Of a stretch of DNA of 64,000 bases, positions 62,174 through 64,000 are shown piece by piece. Each line of letters opens with the position of its first letter. Within the stretch, counting starts at the first letter, position 1. The notes under the pieces were generated by a model. That model made no database searches. It saw only the letters and a program-made list of their open reading frames with translations, and was not told the origin of the DNA. The stretch is from an uncultured Acidobacteriota bacterium (GTDB lineage: Bacteria; Acidobacteriota; Thermoanaerobaculia; UBA5066; Gp7-AA6), in NCBI GenBank assembly GCA_963815865.1, contig CAWFIK010000003.1:283771-347770 (forward strand). The letters run 5' to 3'. Made by a program: the position numbers and the translations under genes.

Positions 62174-63101
62174 TTTCGCGGCGGACGTCAAACGCGACCT
62201 GTCGCTCAAGCCGAAGCAGATCCAGTCAAAGTACCTGTATGACGCGCTCGGGTCCTGTCTCTTCGAGGCGATCAGCCGGCTCCCATGGTATCGGGTCACG
62301 CGGGCCGAAGGGAGGCTGCTCTCCCGGTGGGCGGACCAGGTCGTCGCGCAGCTGGCGAACCCGCTGACGCTCGTCGAGCTCGGGTGCGGCAGCGGCGAGA
62401 AGATCGCGATGCTCGCCGAAGCGCTACGCAGCCGCCGCCGTCCGGTCTCGGTCCACCTGATCGACATCTCGCCCACGGCCCTCGAGCTGTCCGAGCGAAC
62501 GCTCGGCCGCTTCGAGCACGTCTCGGTCGTCGGGCACCGCGCGACCTACGAGGAGGGGCTGCGGCGCGCCGCGGAGGGGCGGGGACGGGGGACGATGTTC
62601 GTCCTCTTCCTCGGGTCGAACATCGGCAACTTCGACCCGCCGGCCTCCCACGAATTCCTCTCGGAGATCCGGCGGGCGCTGCGTCCGGGAGACGCGCTCC
62701 TGCTGGGAGCGGATCTCGTCAAGCCGGAGAAGGACCTTCAGCTCGCCTACGACGATCCGCTCGGCATCACCGCGGCGTTCAACAAGAACCTGCTCGTGCG
62801 GATCAACCGCGAGCTCGACGGGAACTTCGACCTCGGAGGTTTCGACCACCGCGCGATCTGGAACGCGGCCGAGAGCCGCGTCGAGATGCACCTCGTGTCG
62901 CGGCGCGCGCAGCGGGTCGCGATCCCGCGCGCCGACTGCGACGTCTCTTTTGAGGCCGGCGAGTTCATCTGGACCGAGAGCTCCTACAAGTACTCCGCCG
63001 AGCAGGTGCTCGCGATGGGCGCGGCGACCGGCTTCCGGGCCCTGGAGCAATGGATCGAGCCCGAGGCCCGCTTTGCGCTGACGCTGTTTCTGGCCGAGTA
63101 G
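62094..63101 (+). CDS. egtD: L-histidine N-alpha-methyltransferase
   Basis: IGDFAADVKRDLSLKPKQIQSKYLYDALGSCLFEAISRLPWYRVTRAE...LVELGCGSGEKIAML...VLFLGSNIGNF, the EgtD family. There is no ATG upstream of the conserved block. Candidate in-frame GTG starts lie inside the octamer repeat array (for example 62094). The N-terminus is repeat-encoded (…DRSLSASAPFQSPDHQSPDHQ). Confidence 0.8.
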   Translation, partial: RVIDRSLSASAPFQSPDHQSPDHQIGDFAADVKRDLSLKPKQIQSKYLYDALGSCLFEAISRLPWYRVTRAEGRLLSRWADQVVAQLANPLTLVELGCGSGEKIAMLAEALRSRRRPVSVHLIDISPTALELSERTLGRFEHVSVVGHRATYEEGLRRAAEGRGRGTMFVLFLGSNIGNFDPPASHEFLSEIRRALRPGDALLLGADLVKPEKDLQLAYDDPLGITAAFNKNLLVRINRELDGNFDLGGFDHRAIWNAAESRVEMHLVSRRAQRVAIPRADCDVSFEAGEFIWTESSYKYSAEQVLAMGAATGFRALEQWIEPEARFALTLFLAE

Positions 63102-63205
63102 CCGGCTGGCTCGACCGGCCGCCCGCGCAAAGAGCTGTAATTTTTCCCCCGTTTTCATCGTATGGTAGCGTGCGATTTCCATATTTTCTTGAGGAGGAGG
63201 TCCCC

Positions 63206-64000
63206 TTGCGAAAGGTTTTCGCCGCTGCGCTCTGCTCGCTCCTGCTGGTTTCGTCTCTGCCGGGACAGGAGCGGGTGGACCTGGACATGGTCACCCGGAT
63301 CCGGCTGGAGGGGTTCCGCAACTCGAAGGTCATGGAGACCGCGAGCACTCTCATGGACAAGATCGGCCCGCGCCTGACCGGGTCCCCCAACATGCGGCGG
63401 GCCAACGAATGGACGCGCCAGCAGCTGGAGGAGTGGGGGCTCGTCAACGCGCACCTCGAAGCGTGGGAGCCGTTCGGGCGCGGCTGGAGCTACGAGGTCG
63501 CGACGGTGCGGATGCTGTCGCCCGATGTCGCCGAGCTCCTCGCGTTGCCGCTCGCCTGGAGCCCCGGAACCGACGGGCCGGTGCGCGCCCAGGCGGTCAA
63601 GGTCAAGCTGACGGAGAAGGACGACCTCGAGAAGCAGAAGGGGAAGCTCGCCGGCAAGATCGTGATGCTCGGCGAGACGCGCGACGTGAAGCCGCAGGAG
63701 AAGGCGCTCTCGGAGCGCTACGACGAGAAGTCGCTCGCGGACATCGCCCGCTACGAGATCCCGGGCCGCCCTTACATGCGCGCGGGCCAGCCCTTCAATC
63801 GCGAGGAGTTCGCCCGGCGGCGCGCGTTCCAGCGCGAGCTGACGAAGTTCCTCGTCGAGGAGAAAGTCGCCGCGGTCCTCGAGGCGGGCGCGCTCGATGG
63901 CGGCACGTTCCGCGTCCAGGGAGTCCAGGGCGGGCAGCGCAAGGACGCGCCCGCGACGGTGCCCTCGCTCATGATGGCGATCGAGCACTGGGAGCGGATC
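63206..64000 (+). CDS. M28-family (PA-domain) aminopeptidase, partial (3' end beyond the window)
   Basis: TTG start 5 nt after GAGGAGGAGG. Signal peptide (M)RKVFAAALCSLLLVSSLPGQ, then DMVTRIRLEGFRNSKVMETASTLMDKIGPRLTGSPNMRRANEWTRQQL, typical of the M28 N-terminal region. Confidence 0.7.
   Translation, partial: MRKVFAAALCSLLLVSSLPGQERVDLDMVTRIRLEGFRNSKVMETASTLMDKIGPRLTGSPNMRRANEWTRQQLEEWGLVNAHLEAWEPFGRGWSYEVATVRMLSPDVAELLALPLAWSPGTDGPVRAQAVKVKLTEKDDLEKQKGKLAGKIVMLGETRDVKPQEKALSERYDEKSLADIARYEIPGRPYMRAGQPFNREEFARRRAFQRELTKFLVEEKVAAVLEAGALDGGTFRVQGVQGGQRKDAPATVPSLMMAIEHWERI

Overview
This is a high-GC (about 68-70%) bacterial chromosomal window with a dense, Arg/Ala-rich six-frame ORF background. 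I support roughly 48 protein-coding genes, no rRNA or tRNA, no CRISPR, and no transposase or integrase. The core is a hopanoid (bacteriohopanepolyol) biosynthesis supercluster: shc-hpnH-hpnA-hpnG and one squalene/phytoene-synthase-family gene at 18992-24656, hpnJ at 9621-11216, and a long minus-strand operon dxs-ispH-HpnL-like membrane protein followed by HAD hydrolase, nucleotidyltransferase, ATP-grasp ligase and a class-III aminotransferase at 1-7268. Next to hpnJ is a second operon: membrane diiron protein, NodU/CmcH carbamoyltransferase, small TM protein, Trm112-methyltransferase and a GT39 (ArnT/PMT-like) glycosyltransferase. The rest is metH, a VKOR-thioredoxin fusion, an Lrp-exporter-DinB-DinB-cyclase-SMR cluster, a PQQ sugar dehydrogenase, an Fe(III)-type ABC importer, a GrdB-like protein with an in-frame TGA plus downstream hairpin (predicted selenoprotein), an LmbE-family fusion protein, two ABC exporters, a membrane spermidine-synthase-like protein, a 2918-aa cyclic beta-1,2-glucan synthase, egtB-egtD, and M49- and M28-type peptidases. 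Two things stand out. First, tandem 7-8-nt repeat arrays sit exactly at gene junctions and are translated in frame as N-terminal leaders of downstream genes that start at GTG overlapping the upstream stop (GTGA). Second, single-base frameshifts interrupt otherwise intact conserved genes (dxs, metH twice, PQQ dehydrogenase, the LmbE fusion), consistent with homopolymer indel errors in the assembly or, less likely, real pseudogenes.
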